Below, piece by piece: positions 1 to 6,901 of a stretch of DNA of 26,247 bases. The DNA lies in contig JAJFJO010000015.1 in NCBI GenBank assembly GCA_021774015.1, positions 1-26,247 of the forward strand, written 5' to 3'. The notes under the pieces are model-generated. The model was not told the origin of the DNA, did not search any database, and worked only from the letters and a program-made list of their open reading frames with translations. The first letter of the stretch is position 1, and every line of letters begins with the position of its first letter. The translations under genes were made by a program, and so were the position numbers. The stretch is from Gammaproteobacteria bacterium (lineage in GTDB: Bacteria; Pseudomonadota; Gammaproteobacteria; Coxiellales; Coxiellaceae).

Positions 1-2
1 TT

Positions 3-434
3 TCTGATTTTCTCGATGGTGAAGTGCTATCAGAATATATTGCTAGACAACCCAAACAATGTATCTTGCCCTTTGAGGCATTACATTTGTTTTATGCTCT
101 TGTTCAAGGAGTAGAGCAAATTCATTTTTTAGGAGAGTATCATGGCGATATTCATTCTGATAATATTATTGTGAAGCGTAAGGGGCTAGGATTCGAAGTC
201 AACCTTATTGACTTATTACATCTCGGCAAACCAAGCAAACTACGTATTCAAAAAGATGTTCATGATTTAATTTCTGTATTTTATGAAATGATCGGTGGTA
301 ATAAACACTATCGTCATATGCCCAAACATATCAAAAAAATTATCTTGGGTAGAAAACATCATTTGATTAATAAACAATTTAAAATGGCTGGGCATTTAAG
401 GATTTATCTTGAAAACTTAGAATTGTACAACTAA
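3..434 (+). CDS. Protein kinase-like protein, C-terminal part (truncated by the window edge)
   Basis: Frame is open from position 3; catalytic-loop-like YHGDIHSDNIIV followed by a DFG-equivalent NLIDLL. Confidence 0.8.
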   Translation, partial: SDFLDGEVLSEYIARQPKQCILPFEALHLFYALVQGVEQIHFLGEYHGDIHSDNIIVKRKGLGFEVNLIDLLHLGKPSKLRIQKDVHDLISVFYEMIGGNKHYRHMPKHIKKIILGRKHHLINKQFKMAGHLRIYLENLELYN

Positions 435-473
435 CCTGAGTCAGTTGAACGCCCCTTTTCGTACGGAACCCAA

Positions 474-866
474 TTATGTCTTATCAAAAGCAAATTTTAA
501 TGAATGCTGTAAAAACACTGATTTGTTCTGAATGGCTTCAGCAAAACTTTGTGATAAAAGCATGCAGTAAAGATCTGGACGAAATTTCCCTTCTCGATGA
601 AGCATTCTTTTTTCACGTTCAGTTAAAAAATCCATCGGCGCATCTTTTTCTACAAGCCCGTTTTTCTCGTTAAAATAATCAATTGCTTGGACTAAGTTGC
701 TGTCAGAGTGCTCTTTATCTAAATCGAGCACTTTTAATACTTCAAATAGACTGTCTTCTTTTGCTTTTTTATATTGCCGTTCAATTTCGTCACAATAAAG
801 AGCAAATTCAACGTCATCATACTGCTGATGTTCGTTGCTATACGAATTATTTTGTTTTATTGCCAT
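474..866 (-). CDS. 130-aa protein resembling an internal segment of a Tn3-family transposase (fragment or derived protein)
   Basis: VLKVLDLD..SD..LVQAIDYF...G....APMDFL...EK..L...GKFR..LY.MLL...A.AI....L.HS recalls the mid-region of Tn3 TnpA; likely start MAIKQ at 866; no DDE domain. Confidence 0.55.
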   Translation of the reverse strand: MAIKQNNSYSNEHQQYDDVEFALYCDEIERQYKKAKEDSLFEVLKVLDLDKEHSDSNLVQAIDYFNEKNGLVEKDAPMDFLTEREKRMLHREGKFRPDLYCMLLSQSFAEAIQNKSVFLQHSLKFAFDKT

Positions 867-956
867 TGAATGCCTATTCCATAAAAATATATTAAGCACC
901 AATTTTACCAGAGAACCAAGGTTTTCGCATAATTTAATCAAAAACTTCAAATTAAG

Positions 957-981
957 AAAAGGCGGGGCAAGCCCGCCTTTT
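957..981 (-). terminator. Rho-independent terminator, potentially bidirectional
   Basis: AAAAGGCGGG-GCAAG-CCCGCCTTTT, a 10 bp stem with T-runs on both strands, just downstream of the 1005..1199 gene. Confidence 0.85.
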
Positions 982-1004
982 GAAAACAAATTGCTTATGC
1001 GCCA

Positions 1005-1199
1005 TTAAAAATGGGATGCCTGATAGTGTGTTGGTTGGTTTAACTGGGTAGATAATTCACCCAATCTCAACGCTAACGATTTCAAGTAAATTTTATCTGC
1101 TTTCTCCATGAGCTGGAGTAAATCAGTTAATCTTGAAACCTCAACATCAATATTTTGCATGCTCATTTCCAAAGGAATATGTTTGTTATCCTTTATCAT
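1005..1199 (-). CDS. Small hypothetical helical protein (64 aa)
   Basis: ATG preceded by GGAG RBS within a leader repeat; ends just before the terminator. Confidence 0.7.
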   Translation of the reverse strand: MIKDNKHIPLEMSMQNIDVEVSRLTDLLQLMEKADKIYLKSLALRLGELSTQLNQPTHYQASHF

Positions 1200-1276
1200 G
1201 TGCCATCTCCGTTTTTTAAAATAAAAAAACAGGAACGGACCCCCTGAAGGAAAGTCTCATTCCCATCAGGGTTAAA
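1200..1276 (-). repeat. Leader repeat copy 5
   Basis: Minus strand TTTAA-CCCTGATGGG-AATGAGACTTT-CCTTCAGGG-GG-TCCGTT...AACGGA-GATGGCAC-ATG. Confidence 0.8.
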
Positions 1277-1308
1277 TGAAATGTCTTGTAAGCCCTGTAA
1301 CACAAAGG

Positions 1309-1671
1309 TTACAAGTGACTGACTTGATCAATCCATTCTTGCAGCTTAGGATCAATTAACCGATAAAGGTTTTTAACATTGATCACCGCAGCAGTGCGTT
1401 TTTCACCGGCTTCAGTTTGCCATTCATCGTATTCTAGTTCCCCAGAAACAGATAAATAGCTCCCCTTCTCGACCCTATCTTTAATAGCATCGACCAGGTG
1501 CCCAAAGCACTGCAATGTATGCCAAGCCGTTTTTTCCACTTTTTCGCCTTTCTTATTCGTAAAGCGTTTCGTGGTTGCTAACGTGAGTTTCGCAAACGGT
1601 TTTTTACCTTCATTTTCATAAAGAGTTACTTGGCCTACAAAGCCAACAAGATTTACTGTGTTTTCATACAT
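1309..1671 (-). CDS. ssb: Single-stranded DNA-binding protein (second copy), no acidic tail
   Basis: NTVNLVGFVG...LTLATTKRF....GEKVEKTAWHTLQCFG....KGSYLSVSGELEYDEW is a typical SSB OB fold. Confidence 0.93.
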   Translation of the reverse strand: MYENTVNLVGFVGQVTLYENEGKKPFAKLTLATTKRFTNKKGEKVEKTAWHTLQCFGHLVDAIKDRVEKGSYLSVSGELEYDEWQTEAGEKRTAAVINVKNLYRLIDPKLQEWIDQVSHL

Positions 1672-1748
1672 AATGATTCTCCTTTAAGAATGTTAAAAAA
1701 GGAAATAATGAAGCCATGTCGGGCTTATTATTCCCGACTTGGGTTAAA
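1672..1748 (-). repeat. Leader repeat copy 4
   Basis: Minus strand TTTAA-CCCAAGTCGGG-AATAATAAG-CCCGACATGG...TCCTTT...AAAGGAG-AATCATT-ATG. Confidence 0.75.
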
Positions 1749-1757
1749 CAACGTGTG

Positions 1758-2060
1758 TTATTGAGTGCTGAGATGAAGAACTTGACTACCATAATAATCA
1801 CGGATCTGATCCATGCTAATTTGGCGATCACTTTTCTTTTTGCTCGGCAAGGTGCTGGGTTTATAAAACCAGCGCTCTTTGGCTTTTGACCATTGAAACC
1901 CCGCTTCGCGAAGATCTTGAGCATAAGGTTTGGTCTGGCCAGATAGCCATAACCAATTACCAACGACTTCAACAGTTAATCCAAGGTGTTGGATACTGTC
2001 AATAGCGCGCTCAAGCTCTCCTTCCACTCGGCCCCAATCAATATCAGCGTTATTGTTCAT
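1758..2060 (-). CDS. Small mobile-element protein matching the C-terminal domain of proteins often annotated as 'molecular chaperone DnaJ'; no J domain here
   Basis: EVVGNWLWLSGQTKPYAQDLREAGFQWSKAKERWFY...SMDQIRDYYGS pattern; no HPD motif. Confidence 0.65.
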   Translation of the reverse strand: MNNNADIDWGRVEGELERAIDSIQHLGLTVEVVGNWLWLSGQTKPYAQDLREAGFQWSKAKERWFYKPSTLPSKKKSDRQISMDQIRDYYGSQVLHLSTQ

Positions 2061-2143
2061 CACGATCTCCTTCCTGTTTTAAAAAAGAGGAGAACCACTA
2101 TGCCCCGTGAGGAAGCAGTCATGATTCCCCGAGGGTTATTAAA
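2061..2143 (-). repeat. Leader repeat copy 3
   Basis: Minus strand TTTAATAA-CCCTCGGGG-AATCATGACTGCTT-CCTCACGGGG-CATAGTGG-TTCTCC...GGAGA-TCGTG-ATG. Confidence 0.8.
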
Positions 2144-2162
2144 CAAAGTTATTATCAAAAAA

Positions 2163-2567
2163 TTAATATTCACTTGGTAGCAGTAAGACATGCTTTTTAA
2201 ATCCACCATCGTAAATCAGAAACAATCGTAAAAATGGATCAAGTTCTGATGCAACCAGTGATTGGCTGTCGATAGATAAATCGCTGTAAGGATACTTATT
2301 GCTAAATAACAAATGATCATTGCCATCTGTTAACCCTAATACCGCTTTATCATTATTATGGCTAAAATCAGCCGTGATAAATGATTCTTTTTCCCAGAAA
2401 TCTCTGGAAAAAATAGCAATATCGTCAATTAACCAATGACACTCAAGTTGTTCACGCAGGAATGAAACGCCATCGGTAAAAACAATTCCAAGGAAGTGTT
2501 TATACCAGTTGTCAGTGCCGCTGAACTGTCTTGCCTCTAATGCTAATTTTGAGTTGTAAGTGCTCAT
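2163..2567 (-). CDS. DUF6876-like protein
   Basis: FTDGVSFL......HWLIDDIA...AVL..TDGND......YSD...LLLPSEY C-terminus; GGAGG RBS before the ATG at 2567; ATGA overlap with the upstream gene. Confidence 0.75.
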   Translation of the reverse strand: MSTYNSKLALEARQFSGTDNWYKHFLGIVFTDGVSFLREQLECHWLIDDIAIFSRDFWEKESFITADFSHNNDKAVLGLTDGNDHLLFSNKYPYSDLSIDSQSLVASELDPFLRLFLIYDGGFKKHVLLLPSEY

Positions 2568-2950
2568 AAAACACACCTCCCATCAAACGTTAGGCCGAAC
2601 TCTCTTGATAGATCGAACGTCAACGCTGCTTTAAAACAGCCTTTCCACAAGTCAGCACCAGAAAAGTCTTTTCCAAGCCCTTTCCAGTTTTTCTTGAGAT
2701 ACATTTTCCATTTGGTGACGCCCATAATAAAGGCGTAACTTCGAAGGAATATGTAATCATTAGTTAACGTTGCAACAAAGTCATCTACGTAATTTGAGAT
2801 AACCTTACTATCAAGCTGTTTATTGGCATTTAACAGATGAATCCTGTTATACAAGATCTTGATTAGAGTCCGGTATGGGCCGTGATAAGTCCATCCAGTC
2901 TCATAACCCTTGAGCTTAATTTTAGGATATGAATTAATTGCTTCAATCAT
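2564..2950 (-). CDS. Hypothetical protein (128 aa)
   Basis: ATG at 2950 follows GGAGAAA in a leader repeat; coupled to the DUF6876-like gene. Confidence 0.75.
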   Translation of the reverse strand: MIEAINSYPKIKLKGYETGWTYHGPYRTLIKILYNRIHLLNANKQLDSKVISNYVDDFVATLTNDYIFLRSYAFIMGVTKWKMYLKKNWKGLGKDFSGADLWKGCFKAALTFDLSREFGLTFDGRCVL

Positions 2951-3040
2951 GATTTTCTCCATTAAGTTTTATTAAATAAAACCCAAGGAGAAACGTGATT
3001 GCACCCATCAGGGAAAATCAAATTGCCCCACTGGGCGTAA
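2951..3040 (-). repeat. Leader repeat copy 2
   Basis: Minus strand CCCAGTGGG-GCAATTTGATTTT-CCCTGATGGG-TGCAATCACG-TTTCTCC...GTTTTATTTAATAAAAC...GGAGAAA-ATC-ATG. Confidence 0.8.
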
Positions 3041-3051
3041 GACACAACGTA

Positions 3052-3582
3052 TTATCGGGCATTTATCGCACGATATACCAGAAAAGTCAGCACAGAACCT
3101 AAGACACTTACCAAGCCTAGTATCGAATGTAATGCTTTCGATGCGGCTTTTTTCGTGTCTTTGGACGCGTAACTTTCTTTTTGGACGTGATCAGGAAACG
3201 CTTTTCCCAATAAGTCCGCTTTTAAATCAGGCAAAATGGTTTTTGCCCGTTCAAAATCGGGTATATGAATGCTTTCATGCACAAAAGGTACAATCCAGAT
3301 AAAGTTATGCAATGCATAACAACCAAATCCTCGTGACCGCAAGATGCTTTTGATATGGTTAACCACATCTAGTGCCTCTTTACTACCAGAACAAGTGATA
3401 AACTCTCCATTTTCATGGAGGGTTAGTTCTCTGATCTGATAAGCGGTCATTTTTGTGAGACAAGACAACGACTCTGCTAATGTTTTAACAGCGTGTTTAT
3501 TTGCGCTCACTTTAGAGTTAGCTCTTAATTGAAGCCTCTCTTGCATGCTACCTGAGTTTTTCAGTTTATTTTGTAGTGACAT
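3052..3582 (-). CDS. Hypothetical protein with a single C-terminal hydrophobic anchor (176 aa)
   Basis: GGAG RBS in a leader repeat; C-terminal ILGLVSVLGSVLTFLVY-RAINAR. Confidence 0.8.
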   Translation of the reverse strand: MSLQNKLKNSGSMQERLQLRANSKVSANKHAVKTLAESLSCLTKMTAYQIRELTLHENGEFITCSGSKEALDVVNHIKSILRSRGFGCYALHNFIWIVPFVHESIHIPDFERAKTILPDLKADLLGKAFPDHVQKESYASKDTKKAASKALHSILGLVSVLGSVLTFLVYRAINAR

Positions 3583-3668
3583 AGTGATTTCTCCTTTTAT
3601 TAAAAATAAATCGGAGAAAGCTATGCCTTCCCGTAGGGAAGAAATAAACCTTCCCCACCGGGATTAAA
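3583..3668 (-). repeat. Leader repeat copy 1
   Basis: Minus strand TTTAAT-CCCGGTGGG-GAAGGTTTATTTCTT-CCCTACGGG-AAGGCATAGC-TTTCTCC-GATTTATTTTTAATAAAA-GGAGAAA-TCACT-ATG. Confidence 0.8.
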
Positions 3669-3721
3669 CTTTAACGTCAGGCAAAACGCCTTTCACGCAT
3701 AAGCTAAATTGTTAAAGAGCA

Positions 3722-3897
3722 ATTGTCATAAAGACAAAATTCAAGTCAATGAACATCAAAACAACGGTTTCAAAATAACGATTTTATTTTGTTTGAGGTT
3801 GTCTTTCGCTTCATATTGTCCAACGGTATTGAGTGTATGCTTGATGCTTTTTCATAAAATGAATCTGCGTTCAATACTATTGTAACTATGACAATAT
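3722..3897 (-). promoter_or_regulatory. Candidate sigma70 promoter embedded in long imperfect inverted repeats (possible Frpo-like ssDNA promoter)
   Basis: Minus strand TTGACT (3749-3744), 16 nt, GACAAT (3727-3722); ATTGTCATA 3722-3730 pairs with TATGACAAT 3887-3895; nested stems. Confidence 0.45.
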
Positions 3898-4311
3898 AAA
3901 GGTGGTCAATGATTTAAAATCATTGAAATTAGTGGGCATCGAATCGATATTGATGCGGTGAGCATTAAGCGCTGTCTGCGACAAAACTGTCATGCCGACA
4001 GAAATCAATCGTGTATAGCTACGTTAGGGCTAACACAATTGCGCTTAATGGATTGGGACGTCATTCATCGTTCTGTGATAAATTCACGTGGGTTGCATGG
4101 CAAACCGGAACTTTTAGGACAATTATTATTGTCGCTTGAATGTGGTCTTTGGTGGGTCCTGCTAATCTTCGATTAGGTTCACGACACGTAGGACGGCATG
4201 TGACATTTATAGTAGACGCTTGTTTCACGTTTCATGGCATCTCAGCCATTCATCAGTACTACTTTTGAAAGTCTATTATATCAAAATCACCCTAAAAAAC
4301 CAGTGTTTTTC

Positions 4312-4710
4312 TTAGATTTCAGACTTTTTATCAGTTTGGTTTTCTTCATTAAAAATATGGTCATATAGCTCCTTTGTAACCGTCGCCTTAGTGCTGATCA
4401 TAAATTCATCAACTAAAATCTGTGGCAAAATATCCGTTCGCCCCGCCTTTTCGCGCTTGTGATAATGGATCGTGCCGCGCACATGGATCTGGGATCCTTT
4501 CATCAGTAATTGTTCAGCACGCTCAGCATTTCGCCCAAAGAACACGCACCAATGCAGCTCTTTAAATACTTGCTGTTCGCCACTGTTGTGATAGGCCCAA
4601 TGCTCGGTATAAACAGGTAGACGACATAGTTTACGACCATCTCCATAGGATTTTAGCTTTGGAAAAGTGCCACAGTAGCCAATCAATCGAACCTCATTGC
4701 AAAGTGCCAT
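4312..4710 (-). CDS. ssb: Single-stranded DNA-binding protein (divergent)
   Basis: NEVRLIGYCG..P.L...HWCVFFGRNAERAEQLLMKGSQIHVRGTI OB fold; follows topB. Confidence 0.88.
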   Translation of the reverse strand: MALCNEVRLIGYCGTFPKLKSYGDGRKLCRLPVYTEHWAYHNSGEQQVFKELHWCVFFGRNAERAEQLLMKGSQIHVRGTIHYHKREKAGRTDILPQILVDEFMISTKATVTKELYDHIFNEENQTDKKSEI

Positions 4711-4713
4711 CGC

Positions 4714-6888
4714 TTATTGCTCCGCCTTGTCTTTTTGGGGCGTAGCCAAATTAGGCTTGCCTTTTTGATCCCAATAGACCGCTTTGCAGTCAGGATATTG
4801 GGTGCAGCCCCACCAATAACCTTTCTTCTTTGCTTTTCGTTTAATTAGCTTGCCTGATTGACAGCTTGGGCAGTCAATGTCTGATGGTACTACGGTTTCT
4901 TTCATATGAGGCTTACCCCCCTTGTCTTGCATCAAACCATTGCAATCTGGGTAACGAGAGCATCCCCAGAAAAACCCATTTTTACCTTTTCGCCGAATCA
5001 ATGGCGATTTGCATTTAGGACAAGGATGTTGTGGCCCTAGATCGATACCTTTACCTCTGATTTGTCGAATTTTACTTAAGTCCTCTAGCATAAACTCAAG
5101 CACTTCTTCCTGATCAAGCAAAAAATCTTGCAGGTTACCATGCCCTTCGGCAATGTTATCGAGTTCTTGCTCCCAAGCGGCCGTTATGGCTGGATTTTTC
5201 ATTTGCTCAGGTAACAGATTGATTAATTCACGCCCACGATCCGTTGAAACTAATATTTTTTTATCTCGCTTGATATACCCACGGTTTAGCAATTTTTCAA
5301 TCGTATCAGCACGAGTTGCTTCCGTTCCTATGCCCGCGGTCTCTTTTAAGGTTTTTTTATGTGCCTCATCATCAACAAATTTTGCAATATTTTTCATAGC
5401 AGCAATGAGCGTACCTTCGGTGAATCTAGCCGGTGGTTTTGTTTGCTTAGATAAGCAATGTGTTTCTTTTGATGTAACGGATTCATTTTCGGTTAATTTA
5501 GGAATATTTAATTCTTTTTGTTTGTCATCGCTATCAAGTTCTTCCTGGTTTTTGCTAATAGCCTGTTTCCAACCAAGCTTTTTGGGCGTATTACTTGTTG
5601 CTGCGAAATTGTCATTTTCGCAATTCACCTCAACCTTTCTTTGATTGTATTCATAAAACCCGAGAAATTGGGCAATGTATTGGCGACGGATCAAATCATA
5701 AATAGCCAGCTCATCTTTACTCATCGCACCCGGATCTACCGATTCATTCAGTGTTGGTATAATGCCATGGTGAGCGGTGACTTTTTTATCGTTCCAGACG
5801 GGTGATTTTAGTGTAGCGTCGCAGTGTGATACCAACGCTTTAATCGAAGGATCAATACTGACGAGTGTATTCAATATACCTTCTGCTTCATCGAATTGAT
5901 TAACTGGCAAATAACCTGTATCCGTTCTTGGATAGCTTGTCGCCTTAAATTTTTCATAGAGAACCTGTGCAATTTCAAGCGTTTTTTTTGCCGATAGTCC
6001 AAGTCCACTCGATGCAACCTTTTGCAGGCTTGATAACGAAAAACAGACTGGCGGCGCTGTTTTTTTAGCTTTATCTTCAAATAGTGTCACGATACCGTTT
6101 TTGTCCTCAATTTTCTTTGCCACCGACTCCACTGTTTCTTGCTTTAAGCAATGCCCATCCATATCAGTTAATTCTTCTGGCGCTTGCCAACGTGCTATAA
6201 ATTCGCCCTGTTTGGCTTCAAACAAAACATCTAATTCAAAATAATCAGTTGACTTAAAATTTTCGATTGATCGATCACGCTGGACAATTAAGTTCAGTGT
6301 CGGAGTTTGAACACGACCCACTGATAATACACCTTGCCCAGGTGCGCCAAATAAACAACTGGTTGCCATGGTCATCGACATCCCAATAGTCCAATCAGCG
6401 CGTTGCCGCCCAAGTCCTGCAAGGTAGAGTGGATACGTAGACTCTCCAGGACGAATATTAGCTAACGCTTTTTTAATTGAAGCCTCATCCAAAGCTGAGA
6501 GCCATAAACGCTGTACTTGACCTTCATATTGATAGTAATCGAGAATTTCACGCCCAATAACGTCTCCCTCACGATCAGCATCCGTTGCGATAATGACATG
6601 GTTGGTTTGCTTCAGTAGTTTTTTAATGACAGTCAGTTGTGCTTTCGTTTTTTTATTCGGAATAAGATGCCATTCTTTGGGGATAATAGGTAAGACCTCC
6701 ATGCGCCATGGTTTTAGATTTTCACAATAATGCTCTGGTGGCGCTAATTCTAATAAATGGCCTAGACACCATGTTACTGTAATGCCACTGCCTTCAATGT
6801 AACCGTCTTGCCTTGACCCTGCCCCCAATACGTTTGCAATATCGCGTGCTTGTGATGGTTTCTCGCATAGGTATAGTGTATTTGTCAT
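4714..6888 (-). CDS. topB: DNA topoisomerase III (ICE type) with two C-terminal C4 zinc ribbons
   Basis: Toprim LCEKPSQA, ATDADREG, SVGRVQTPTL, catalytic SYPRTD, GIGTEATRA; CPKC/GCSRYPDC and CPSC/GCTQYPDC; ATG 6888 best spaced from GAGG. Confidence 0.96.
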   Translation of the reverse strand: MTNTLYLCEKPSQARDIANVLGAGSRQDGYIEGSGITVTWCLGHLLELAPPEHYCENLKPWRMEVLPIIPKEWHLIPNKKTKAQLTVIKKLLKQTNHVIIATDADREGDVIGREILDYYQYEGQVQRLWLSALDEASIKKALANIRPGESTYPLYLAGLGRQRADWTIGMSMTMATSCLFGAPGQGVLSVGRVQTPTLNLIVQRDRSIENFKSTDYFELDVLFEAKQGEFIARWQAPEELTDMDGHCLKQETVESVAKKIEDKNGIVTLFEDKAKKTAPPVCFSLSSLQKVASSGLGLSAKKTLEIAQVLYEKFKATSYPRTDTGYLPVNQFDEAEGILNTLVSIDPSIKALVSHCDATLKSPVWNDKKVTAHHGIIPTLNESVDPGAMSKDELAIYDLIRRQYIAQFLGFYEYNQRKVEVNCENDNFAATSNTPKKLGWKQAISKNQEELDSDDKQKELNIPKLTENESVTSKETHCLSKQTKPPARFTEGTLIAAMKNIAKFVDDEAHKKTLKETAGIGTEATRADTIEKLLNRGYIKRDKKILVSTDRGRELINLLPEQMKNPAITAAWEQELDNIAEGHGNLQDFLLDQEEVLEFMLEDLSKIRQIRGKGIDLGPQHPCPKCKSPLIRRKGKNGFFWGCSRYPDCNGLMQDKGGKPHMKETVVPSDIDCPSCQSGKLIKRKAKKKGYWWGCTQYPDCKAVYWDQKGKPNLATPQKDKAEQ

Positions 6889-6901
6889 GTGATGCATCCT
6901 C

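Noticed and set aside
435-473. tRNA or att site at the left junction
   Set aside because: No cloverleaf or CCA end, and no second copy within the window to define a direct repeat.
867-989. N-terminal 41 codons of the 474..989 ORF
   Set aside because: It runs through the terminator hairpin and starts at a TTG with no RBS.
1664-2180. ORFs 1664..1972 (-) and 1986..2180 (+)
   Set aside because: They overlap better-supported genes and cross the leader repeats.
1200-3668. Leader repeats as a CRISPR array or integron attC sites
   Set aside because: Copies are too divergent and are separated by whole genes, and there are no cas genes. RYYYAAC occurs in two copies, but there is no matching GTTRRRY and no integron integrase.
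3958-4176. 72-aa + strand ORF in the structured region
   Set aside because: GTG start without an RBS and no protein-like features; the region is better explained by its inverted repeats.
4162-4176. UUCG tetraloop as evidence for an RNA gene
   Set aside because: The closing pair is not C-G (C-TTCG-A), so it is not a canonical cUUCGg loop and does not discriminate RNA from DNA function.
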